Assembly: GCA_963815495.1 (NCBI GenBank)
Contig: CAWFGW010000007.1
Coordinates: 129,531-193,530 of the forward strand
Direction of reading: 5' to 3'
From: an uncultured Cytophagales bacterium
GTDB lineage: Bacteria; Bacteroidota; Bacteroidia; Cytophagales; JAAEPT01
DNA length: 64,000 nucleotides
Shown: positions 1 to 8,722 of the stretch, piece by piece
Numbering within the stretch: the stretch's first letter is position 1
Layout of the letters: the number at the start of each line of letters is the position of its first letter
The notes under the pieces: generated by a model
What the model was told of the DNA's origin: nothing
Databases searched by the model: none
What the model saw: only the letters and a program-made list of their open reading frames with translations
Program-made: the position numbers and the translations under genes

Positions 1-1823
1 ACTGCCTCAGAAATCTCAGGATCAAGCTCACGTATTAACTTACCTACTTCTTCCATGCCCACCCCGATAAGGTCTCCACGTTGCTTTTGAAGTTCTAAAG
101 CCGCATTTCGAATGATAGTAACTCGTTCACGTGGCGTAAGATCCAACCACGTTGACTCTTTTGCATCTTCAATTACTTTTCTGTAATCGTCCGCGTCCGC
201 TAATTCATATTCCCATGCGGTTTTTCCTTGCCAATTTTCTAATCTAATTTTTTTACGCTCTTTCTGGTCAACACTTCCTACAATTGGCACATAGCTTTCA
301 CCATTGATGGTAGGTGTACCTTGCCATTTTTTGATAACTGATTTAATCCACTCCTGATTTTGAGGTAAAATCCAATCGGTATCGGGTGTGTTTTCAAATG
401 TTCGATCTGCTTGAATAGTTTCAACCTCGTTCGCTCTGTCTTGTTGTCTTCGAGGTTTGTCAAGGACTTCTCCTATGCCATAATAGGACTCTAAAAAAGA
501 ATTTTGAAGACTTTCCCATTTACGACTGTCGGTCGGTAATTGGAATCCTTCTTTCAGATAGTTTCCATCCTGCGTGCCTTCATCTAATCGTCTTACTAAG
601 TAAGCAATAGCACTCATATATTGTTTTTTGTCGACTACGGGGGTATACAACAACACATTTCCGCCAAGATCTTGTACCTCTTTCACCAAGTTCCCCGCCA
701 TTCCTTCTAACATCTCAATATCCACAGCATCCTCTATATTTTGCTCTTTAGCTAATGTTAAAGCAAAGGCGATATCGAACACATTGTGTGAAGCAACACC
801 CACATGAATACTTTTACATGAATAGCTCGTCAGCAAACGCAAAAGCATTTTTTTATAGTTGGAGTCCGTATCAATTTTGCGGTCATAGGTCACCAACGAC
901 CAACCCTGGGTAGAGGCTTCAGTTTTTTCCATTTCCATGTTAGCCCCTTTCACTATTCTAATTTTTATAGGTGCACCACCATCTTCTACGCGCTTAGCTG
1001 CCCATTCCTGAATTTTAATCATCCAATCATATGAATCGGGTAAATAGGCTTGTAACACAATTCCTGCATACAGGTTTTTATATTTATCCAAAGAAAGCGT
1101 CTCAATGAAAGCATCTACCGTTAGCGACACGTCCCGGTATTCTTCCATGTCTAAATTCACAAACTTCCACTCCCCTGTTTTTTCGTGAATAGCTATTAAT
1201 TCATCGTACAATATGGACAACCTATCAATAAGTTGGTTGAGTGTTTCTTGATGAGCTAGTGGTTCAATTTGAGAATAAATAGTAGAAATTTTAACAGACA
1301 CATAGTTTACAGACTTGCTGCGCAGTAAATCGATGTACTGTTGAATTCGTAATTCTGCTTCCTGTTTCCCTAATAATGCTTCTCCAATTAAGTTGATGTT
1401 GGAGGCTACATTTTGTGATTTTCTTTTCTTAATGTGTTTATGAAAAAGTTCACTATCCTTTTCAAATACGATGTTTTCCGAAACATCTCTTATTTGACTA
1501 CGCATTAATGGAATACTGACCTGTGGTACTAAATAACCCACCATCCGGTATACACGAACTAAAGCAAATTCAGTGTCGGTAAAAAGTACTCTAAACTTTA
1601 CTTTCGATTCAAACATCCGTTTGACAAAATCTGCTACTTTTGAAAGATTAGATGACCTAAAGGTGACATCCATCAAGTGAATTAAAAAGGTTTTTGCTTT
1701 TGGATAATTTAAAAGGGGTTTTAATCGTTTTGAAAAAGAACTTGCGTCACTTTTCTTTAAACTGCTTTCCTGAAGTCGCTTTGCAAGCGTTAACGTTTTT
1801 TCTATTGTCTCATTTCTCTCCAT
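1..1823 (-). CDS. putA: PutA-family proline dehydrogenase, 5' ~607 codons (gene continues past window start)
   Basis: The minus-strand frame is open from ATG 1823-1821 to position 1. I checked the first 300 nt codon by codon and spot-checked internal stretches. It is absent from the ORF track because no stop lies in the window. The translation MERNETIEKTLTLAKRL...RIVKGANMEMEKTEASTQGW resembles the PRODH barrel of long PutA-type proteins. Confidence 0.6.
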   Translation of the reverse strand, partial: MERNETIEKTLTLAKRLQESSLKKSDASSFSKRLKPLLNYPKAKTFLIHLMDVTFRSSNLSKVADFVKRMFESKVKFRVLFTDTEFALVRVYRMVGYLVPQVSIPLMRSQIRDVSENIVFEKDSELFHKHIKKRKSQNVASNINLIGEALLGKQEAELRIQQYIDLLRSKSVNYVSVKISTIYSQIEPLAHQETLNQLIDRLSILYDELIAIHEKTGEWKFVNLDMEEYRDVSLTVDAFIETLSLDKYKNLYAGIVLQAYLPDSYDWMIKIQEWAAKRVEDGGAPIKIRIVKGANMEMEKTEASTQGWSLVTYDRKIDTDSNYKKMLLRLLTSYSCKSIHVGVASHNVFDIAFALTLAKEQNIEDAVDIEMLEGMAGNLVKEVQDLGGNVLLYTPVVDKKQYMSAIAYLVRRLDEGTQDGNYLKEGFQLPTDSRKWESLQNSFLESYYGIGEVLDKPRRQQDRANEVETIQADRTFENTPDTDWILPQNQEWIKSVIKKWQGTPTINGESYVPIVGSVDQKERKKIRLENWQGKTAWEYELADADDYRKVIEDAKESTWLDLTPRERVTIIRNAALELQKQRGDLIGVGMEEVGKLIRELDPEISEA

Positions 1824-2058
1824 GCTTTATATTACGAAAAAATAATGCCCTAGACACGGCTATAATGTGATAATATTCCACAAAATCCTATTATCAGCTA
1901 CAAATGAAGGAGTTACAACCTACACTAAAAAAATAGTCTTTTAAAGATGTATCCTATTTGCATTTTCTTTCAACAAAAAAACAACAATCATGCTTAATAA
2001 TTCTATGATACGGGGATTATATTCCACACATTTTGAATGAGTTAACAAAAAACAAACC

Positions 2059-2853
2059 ATGTATAAAGGAGTACTAACAAAAATGCGAACCGAGTTTATC
2101 TCGCCCATTCACTATTACCTTGAATTGGGTGAGGATGAACTCCTCGTGAACGAATTATTAGGACTCAATATCCGCATAAATCTCGTGGGGTATCAGTGCC
2201 TGCATTGTGGTATGCACAAACCCATCTATCGCCAAGGGCATTGTTACGATTGTTTCTACAGCCAACCCCAAACCGCTGATTGGATTATGCGGCCAGAGCT
2301 TTCAACTGCCCATCTTGATATTGAGGATCGCGACATCGCCTTTGAAAGACAGGTGCAACTTGCCCCCCACATTGTGTATTTGGCGTTGTCGAGTAATGTG
2401 AAAGTAGGTGTTACACGAAAAACACAAGTACCTACCCGATGGATAGATCAGGGTGCCGTTGCTGCTTTAGAAATTATCGAAGCCCCTAATCGTTATTTAG
2501 CAGGAATCGCAGAAGTAGCTTTAAAAAAGTTGGTAGCGGACAAAACCAATTGGCGCAAGATGTTAAAAAACGAATTGGATAGCGACAACCTCTTAGAATT
2601 ACGTGACACACTCTTAGAACATCTACCCGAAGAAGCACGACCTTATTTCTTAACGACTAACACGAAGAAGTGGCAAATTGATTTTCCGGTTCACCGTTAC
2701 CCACAAAAAATCAAATCCCTGAATTTAGCTAAAACCCCGGTTTTTGAAGGAACCTTAGCCGGGCTTAAAGCACAATATTTTATTTTTGAAGACGACACCG
2801 TATTTAATGTGAGAGGAAATGAAGGGGCAATAATTGAACTGACGTTGCTGTAG
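2059..2853 (+). CDS. DUF2797-like zinc-ribbon protein
   Basis: 264-aa ORF with paired Cys motifs (CLHCG ... HCYDCF) near the N-terminus. The family name is recalled from memory, not searched. Confidence 0.5.
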   Translation: MYKGVLTKMRTEFISPIHYYLELGEDELLVNELLGLNIRINLVGYQCLHCGMHKPIYRQGHCYDCFYSQPQTADWIMRPELSTAHLDIEDRDIAFERQVQLAPHIVYLALSSNVKVGVTRKTQVPTRWIDQGAVAALEIIEAPNRYLAGIAEVALKKLVADKTNWRKMLKNELDSDNLLELRDTLLEHLPEEARPYFLTTNTKKWQIDFPVHRYPQKIKSLNLAKTPVFEGTLAGLKAQYFIFEDDTVFNVRGNEGAIIELTLL

Positions 2854-2950
2854 AGAAGACCAAAACCAAATTAAAACAGCAGAACCCTAGCCTCTGATAT
2901 ATTTTTCTTACCTTTCAGAGGTTAAACCCTAACATAAAATCAATTATAAT

Positions 2951-3778
2951 ATGCAAAAAATAAACATTCTAGTCATCGGTGCAGTAGTTATCATTATTAC
3001 CCTCTTTTTGGTAGGTAACAGCCTGACTTTTCAAATCGAACCAGGTGAGGCAGGTGTTGCATACAAACCCTTGGCAGGTGGTATCGACAGAGACAATGTG
3101 TACACCAAACAAGGGCTACACTTTAAAATGCCCTGGAACAAAATCATCAAATACAATGTCAAACAACAGGATTTAAAAGAAACCATTACAGCACTTTCTT
3201 CTAATGGTTTAACTATCTCTTTAGAGTTGACATTGTGGTATCGTCTAATTCCTAATGAAATTGGTTACTTACATGAAGAAAAAGGTAAAATGTATGAAAC
3301 AGAATATATAGTACCTGCCATCCGTGCATCTGGTAGAACAGCCATTGGGAAATACATTCCGGAAGAACTTTACTCTACGAAAAAAGATGCTGTCATTGAA
3401 TTGATTCGTTCAGAGACCAAGAAAATTCTTGAAAAGCGCCATATCATTTTAGAAGAAGTACTGATTAGAGACATCAAATTACCAGCTGGCCTTTCTCAGT
3501 CAATTGAACAAAAACTGCAAGCAGAACAAGCTACACAGCGAGCAAGAGAAGAAGCTGAGCGTTTAATAATCCAAGCTCGAGCAGATTCTACTGCTAAAAT
3601 GATTGGGGCAACCACTGCTGCCGCTGCTAACCGCGCCATCAATGCCAGTTTAAATGACAACTTGTTAAAATGGAAAGGGATTGAAGCAACGATGAAATTA
3701 GCTGAATCTCCCAATGCTAAAGTGGTGGTGATTGGAAACTCTAAAAATGGCTTACCGCTAATTTTAGGAGATAAATAA
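2951..3778 (+). CDS. SPFH/band-7 (prohibitin-like) membrane protein
   Basis: N-terminal TM helix, then an SPFH-like core and a coiled-coil tail (QKLQAEQATQRAREEAERLIIQARA). Confidence 0.8.
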   Translation: MQKINILVIGAVVIIITLFLVGNSLTFQIEPGEAGVAYKPLAGGIDRDNVYTKQGLHFKMPWNKIIKYNVKQQDLKETITALSSNGLTISLELTLWYRLIPNEIGYLHEEKGKMYETEYIVPAIRASGRTAIGKYIPEELYSTKKDAVIELIRSETKKILEKRHIILEEVLIRDIKLPAGLSQSIEQKLQAEQATQRAREEAERLIIQARADSTAKMIGATTAAAANRAINASLNDNLLKWKGIEATMKLAESPNAKVVVIGNSKNGLPLILGDK

Positions 3779-3794
3779 AACCGTTTTCATTGAT

Positions 3795-4148
3795 TTGAAT
3801 CAAATCAATTACCATAACAAACGATTTAAGTCTGTTTCGAATACGCCTAATGGTGAAGTTTCGGAGCAGACTTTTTTTACTTATTACCAGGATGGAAATA
3901 GACTTTCTGGAGTATATGCTGGAGGTGATATTGTGAACGGTAAGCTGGTAGGTTCGATTCAACCCAATGGCAAATTGCATTTTTCATACACACACCAAAA
4001 CACTGCAGGGGAAACCAAGGAAGGGAAATGCATCTCCACTCCCATTCGATTAGCTGATGGAAGGATGCAACTACATGAAAAATGGCAATGGACGACTGGT
4101 GACTGTTCCCGTGGTGAATCGGTGATTGAGGAGGTTCTTGCCACTTAG
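3795..4148 (+). CDS. small conserved hypothetical protein
   Basis: 117-aa ORF with a TTG start. No motif that I can name. Confidence 0.4.
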   Translation: MNQINYHNKRFKSVSNTPNGEVSEQTFFTYYQDGNRLSGVYAGGDIVNGKLVGSIQPNGKLHFSYTHQNTAGETKEGKCISTPIRLADGRMQLHEKWQWTTGDCSRGESVIEEVLAT

Positions 4149-4262
4149 CAATGTTGATTTTCTATATTTTAAACAATAGCTAGTAAACACATTTTCGGTT
4201 ATTTGTAAAATTTTATTTTATCTTAGTAGAGAAGAAAAATTCCCCAATTAACCATCCGCTAA

Positions 4263-6143
4263 ATGACCAGAGAAGATTACGTCAGCTATTGTAGTAAGTG
4301 TACCCAACAAAGTTTTGATTCCCAGAAAGGTTTAGTCTGTGGTTTAACATCGGACATTCCCAATTTTGACACGACCTGTGCTGATTTTACAGCAGCAAAA
4401 AAAATCTCGGTAGCGGATGAAAAACTACAGCAAGATGACAACCGCTATTCACCTGCGGCCATCAGAAGTATCTTGTTGCAACAACAAGACCTCACCTACG
4501 CCATAATTGGTGGTTTTTTTGTAGCCATAATTGGTGCGCTCATTTGGGCAATAATTACTGTTTCAATCAACTATCAGATCGGATACATGGCCATTGGCGT
4601 GGGTGCCCTTGTTGGGATAGGTGTACGATATTTTGGAGCAGGGATTCAACCTATCTATAGCATTATTGGTGCAGTATATTCACTTCTTGGTTGTCTTCTC
4701 GGAAATTTATTTACACAAATTGGTCTTATTGCTACACAGGAATCCCTAAGTTATGTTGAGATTTTTTCCTACTTAGATTTTAATACCATTATTGCTATTT
4801 ACAAAGATTCATTCTCGCCTATGGATTTATTGTTCTATGGCATCGCGATGTACGAAGGGTTTAAGTTTGGCTGCCGTGAAGTCCCTACGTTTGTTACCTC
4901 GAAAGACGACTTAACACCTGCATTTTCAAATCTGAGATTGCCCTTAACTGCCATCTGCTTTGTAGCAATAGCAGCAACTGGATATACCTTATCAAAAGGA
5001 TTAAATGGTGAGAAAACATACTATTATGAAAACGGGGCTGTACTTTCACACGGTGAATATTCGGATGGAGAACTTAACGGTGAGTGGAACTACTATTACG
5101 AAGACGGTACATTACAGTTAGTTGCTCAATACGTGGATGGTGTAGAGCAAAGCGAGTGGAAATGGTATCACCAGAATAATTCACTCATGCAAGTGGGCAG
5201 CTATAAAAATGGTCTGTTAGATGGTTTATGGCTCAATTATTATGACACGGGTATATTAAGTGATTCCAGTAATTACTCAATTGGCAGGCTGCAAGGAGAA
5301 CATAAATCGTATTATACCAATGGCAAGCTCATCCAACATGGTAGTTATGAACGAGATCACCTCCATGGAGATTGGACTTTTTATTACGAAAATGGCACGC
5401 CTAGCTCATCCGGCAAATACGATAATGGTACGTTATCAGGAAGCTGGAAAATGTGGAATACAAATGGTGAGCTCCTTCAAGAGACAGATTTTGTAACTGA
5501 TGTTAATTTTAAAATTAATAGTGCCTGGGATAATAAACTTACTCAAACAGTAGTGGATGGAAATGGCGTTTATTATTCCTACTATGATGACGGCACCCTA
5601 TTTCAATCAGGAGAGGTGAAAGATGGTAAAAAAGTAGGCACTTGGACTTATTATTTTGAAAACGGTGAAAAGAAAGAAGAAGGCATCTTTACACAAGATA
5701 CGTTTAAATTAGTACGGGCTTGGGATAAGCAAAACAACCTGATGGTAGAAAATGGAAATGGCAACTACTTTTCGTACCAGCCGAATAGTTATGAATTATT
5801 AGAAAAAGGTGAATACAAAAATGGATCAAAAGAAGGTTACTGGGAATCTTACCAACCTATGTCAACGGATATACAACAGAAAGCGACTTACTCTAACGGG
5901 AAACTAAACGGCCAAATAGTAAGCTATTTTCTAAATGGGAATGTGCTGGCTGAAGGTGTTATGGAAAATGACAAAAAAACAGGAGAATGGATTTGGTATC
6001 ATGAAAATGGTACCGTGCAATGCACTGTGAAGTATGTTGATGATAAGAAAGAAGGCACCCAATTGTTCTGGAGCACATCAGGTCTTGCAGTAAAAGAAGA
6101 GATCTATGAAAATGATACCTTAATAGCGGAGAACTTGTTGTAA
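4263..6143 (+). CDS. membrane protein with N-terminal zinc-ribbon, TM block and many MORN-variant (YwqK-like) repeats
   Basis: Repeated G-x-W-x-x-Y-Y-E-N-G / DG-x-W units across the C-terminal 380 aa. Hydrophobic segments at aa 75-250. Confidence 0.7.
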   Translation: MTREDYVSYCSKCTQQSFDSQKGLVCGLTSDIPNFDTTCADFTAAKKISVADEKLQQDDNRYSPAAIRSILLQQQDLTYAIIGGFFVAIIGALIWAIITVSINYQIGYMAIGVGALVGIGVRYFGAGIQPIYSIIGAVYSLLGCLLGNLFTQIGLIATQESLSYVEIFSYLDFNTIIAIYKDSFSPMDLLFYGIAMYEGFKFGCREVPTFVTSKDDLTPAFSNLRLPLTAICFVAIAATGYTLSKGLNGEKTYYYENGAVLSHGEYSDGELNGEWNYYYEDGTLQLVAQYVDGVEQSEWKWYHQNNSLMQVGSYKNGLLDGLWLNYYDTGILSDSSNYSIGRLQGEHKSYYTNGKLIQHGSYERDHLHGDWTFYYENGTPSSSGKYDNGTLSGSWKMWNTNGELLQETDFVTDVNFKINSAWDNKLTQTVVDGNGVYYSYYDDGTLFQSGEVKDGKKVGTWTYYFENGEKKEEGIFTQDTFKLVRAWDKQNNLMVENGNGNYFSYQPNSYELLEKGEYKNGSKEGYWESYQPMSTDIQQKATYSNGKLNGQIVSYFLNGNVLAEGVMENDKKTGEWIWYHENGTVQCTVKYVDDKKEGTQLFWSTSGLAVKEEIYENDTLIAENLL

Positions 6144-6215
6144 ATCCTGGTTAGGCGACTAGAAGACAAATTCTCCTGTAATCAAAAAGCAGGTTTTTAT
6201 ACCACTCAACCTACT

Positions 6216-7505
6216 TTACCAATTTAATCGATGAGATGCTTTTATCTTATCACTTAATTTAAGAGGTACTTCGTAGGCGCTACTATATTGCTGCCAGTTG
6301 TTTACCACGTCAACCACTTCCTCTAATATTCTTTCAGGATGCTTGATGGATTGTCTTTTGCCAACTTCTAAAAGTGTCGACTTGGTGAAATCAGCACGCT
6401 TTCCTGCTATACTCATCTGGTGAACATTCGTCCAGACGCCTTGTGGATTATAGCTCCAGGTTAGATCATAAGCCGGTGAAAGTTTCCACTGACCCGACTG
6501 ATCCATTAGGAAAGAAATATTCTTCGTATGGTCGTCTTGATTTCTAGCAACTACATTAAACAACATTCTTCGATATAGTGCTTCTATTTCATCATATCCT
6601 AGATTCAAAGCGCGCATTTCTTCAAATGCATCTTCATAGTCATAAACTCCTGGTTTATTATAATCAAAATGGCTGATCGCACACAAGGTTTGAACATGGA
6701 TTTTTCCACCCCCCACTTTTCTATCAAAACGTTGCGTCATAAAGTGTGCTCTTCCATTTTCTTCAAACAACGTACATGGCATCATGACTATTCCACAATC
6801 CAACGCCATTTTATGATAGGCCATTTCCGAACGACCATACCCTTTAGGGTCGCCTAAATTACTTTCGCTCACGCCATCAAACTTCAGTAAATAGTATTGA
6901 TATCCACTATCTAATTGAATTTGTCCTGATTTCACCTGCTTTGTCTCTGGGTTGTAACCAATAATCGCTTTTGCTCGCTGCCCCCCTGCGGATGCACCTA
7001 CCTGTATGAGTTGTGCCATGGTGTGCTCTTCCTGTTTTGACAAGTCAAAGTCAACACGTTCTTTTTCTTGAAGTACTTTATTGGTAAGCGCTACTAAGCG
7101 ACTCACCTCTATTTCTTCTTGTGGAGCTGCTATGGAATTGGTCGGTTCAAATTCTAGTGCTCCCATAGCCCTGTTACCCATGTAACTTAATTTTTCTAGG
7201 GGTGTTAGGCTTTCGGAACTTCTATTTTGCGAACGGAGCCAAGCTCTAAGCACCGTATTACCAAAGGCATCAGGCAAGGCATCGGCTAGCAATCCTGGTA
7301 ATCCTTCATAGGTATTGATTGCTAGTTCCGGAAATGAAAAGATACGCTGCCCTCGCTGTAAATCTTCCAGTGGCATAGTCAGTGGTGCAGTATCCAAACC
7401 TCGTTGCACAAATTTTTCTGTATATTCAAACACGGCTACATTGCGTCTGCTATCCCAAGCCACGGCTCCCATTAGTTCACCCCAAAGTTTTACCTGTACT
7501 ACCAT
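6216..7505 (-). CDS. hipA: HipA-family serine/threonine kinase toxin
   Basis: N-terminal HipA coupling region (VKLWGELMGAVAWD...) and a C-terminal kinase core (RNQDDHTKNISFLMD...SPAYDL). Confidence 0.85.
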   Translation of the reverse strand: MVVQVKLWGELMGAVAWDSRRNVAVFEYTEKFVQRGLDTAPLTMPLEDLQRGQRIFSFPELAINTYEGLPGLLADALPDAFGNTVLRAWLRSQNRSSESLTPLEKLSYMGNRAMGALEFEPTNSIAAPQEEIEVSRLVALTNKVLQEKERVDFDLSKQEEHTMAQLIQVGASAGGQRAKAIIGYNPETKQVKSGQIQLDSGYQYYLLKFDGVSESNLGDPKGYGRSEMAYHKMALDCGIVMMPCTLFEENGRAHFMTQRFDRKVGGGKIHVQTLCAISHFDYNKPGVYDYEDAFEEMRALNLGYDEIEALYRRMLFNVVARNQDDHTKNISFLMDQSGQWKLSPAYDLTWSYNPQGVWTNVHQMSIAGKRADFTKSTLLEVGKRQSIKHPERILEEVVDVVNNWQQYSSAYEVPLKLSDKIKASHRLNW

Positions 7506-7807
7506 TATTTATTGTTACGCACGCGCTGTTTCGGTTTTTCTTCTTTTAACAAATCTAAGGGACTAATTTGCACTGCGGGTTGTAGTAACTCAGCTAATTG
7601 GTCTATTTGACCCAAGGCACGTAGCACCTGAATAAACGTACTTAAGTTAGCACTTTCCCCATACTCAAGTTTCTGTAAGGTGTAGGCACTTATGCTTGCC
7701 TTTTCTGCCAATTGTTTTTGTGTGTAATTGGCTTGCATGCGATACGCTTTGATGCGCTCCCCCAATTCTTGTAATATCGCTTTATCTGTTTTCCTTTTAA
7801 AACTCAT
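7505..7807 (-). CDS. hipB: XRE-family HTH antitoxin (HipB-like)
   Basis: HTH YTQKQLAEKASISAYTLQKLEYG. Its stop overlaps the hipA ATG by 1 nt. I prefer ATG 7807 over the upstream TTG of the track ORF. Confidence 0.8.
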   Translation of the reverse strand: MSFKRKTDKAILQELGERIKAYRMQANYTQKQLAEKASISAYTLQKLEYGESANLSTFIQVLRALGQIDQLAELLQPAVQISPLDLLKEEKPKQRVRNNK

Positions 7808-7954
7808 AACACCAACTAAACTAGGTTTTAAATCAATAAAAAGCAAATAAAACCAATAATTATTGGTTTTAAATAAACACATACTAACAAGCATGATTGG
7901 TATTAACAGGAGAAATTTTTCTAAAAAGATCCTTAATCGCTCACTTAACTTTAA

Positions 7955-8579
7955 TTAAAATTCAAAATAACTATTGTCTATACTTTTTGCTATCCCTTCT
8001 AATCCAGGATAAATGGTTTTATGATCTACTCCCAACCATTGTAATTCCTTTTTAATTTCAAGTTTTTTATCAGGATTAATTTCTATACTTTCTAAAAAAA
8101 AATCACTTGATGATTTTTTTAAATCTAGTAGCCCGTTTACTTGATTTCCAAAAATTGTAAAGCGAGATTGCTGGCTTCTCATTCGTTCATCAAGTGGAGT
8201 GGGCATAATTGCTAAAGGATAAAATGCCTGTGACCCTGAAATACTTTTAAAATTCATTTCAATATATATTCTACTTATTTCATTTAATTTCCATTTCCCT
8301 AGAACATCTTTAATATCTCCTTTTTCGTAATCACGTAAAGGCCCAAGTATGATGTTTACTTTTTTTAATTCATCATTTATATTCAGGAAGGTTTTTTGGT
8401 TTAATAAATGAGGATTCAACACCAAAAATTTTACAGCTTCACAGTTAGTTTTTTTTCTCTCAACAGCAAAATAAAGTGCTACGAGTGCGTTAGTTGTCCA
8501 ATCCAACTCTTGTCTTCATGCCATAATGAGCCATCATATGATAGAAATTCCAACTATATTCAGTTACTGAACCTATCAT
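7955..8579 (-). pseudogene. FRG-domain gene, 5'-truncated and frameshifted
   Basis: The FRG signature AHYG-x-x-TR-x-LDWT is split between two frames: MAHYGMKTRVG in one and LDWTTNALVALYFA in the ORF frame, with a stop between them near 8505-8518. The ~100 aa normally upstream of this motif are missing. Confidence 0.6.
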
Positions 8580-8722
8580 CTCACACTCTCCTCCACTATC
8601 TTAATCTCCTCCTCCGTTAAGCCATACAAGGCATACACCAACTGGTCTATCTCAGCTTCTAAGGCACTGGTATCTGCTGCTGGGTCTGCTTTTTTGATAT
8701 TTATACTTATATTAAAACTCAT
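8576..8722 (-). pseudogene. relic of the C-terminal tail of an N6-adenine methyltransferase / type IIG R-M (Eco57I/PglX-like) gene
   Basis: 48-codon frame ...KKADPAADTSALEAEIDQLVYALYGLTEEEIKIVEESVR*. The LVYxLYGLTEEEIxIVE ending is the stereotyped tail of that family. Nothing upstream of it survives, because the helicase stop codon is directly adjacent. Confidence 0.45.

Noticed and set aside
278-463. 61-aa minus-strand ORF near the window start
   Set aside because: It is out of frame within the longer open putA frame that runs from 1823 to the window edge.
2891-2945. Hairpin CCTCTGA-N27-TCAGAGG followed by TTAAACCCTAAC, vaguely like the short REP type (TTAACCCTCNGAGGG)
   Set aside because: The similarity is limited to a few bases and requires indels, and the 27-nt loop (2898-2924) is large. 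It is more likely an ordinary intergenic structure after the DUF2797 gene.
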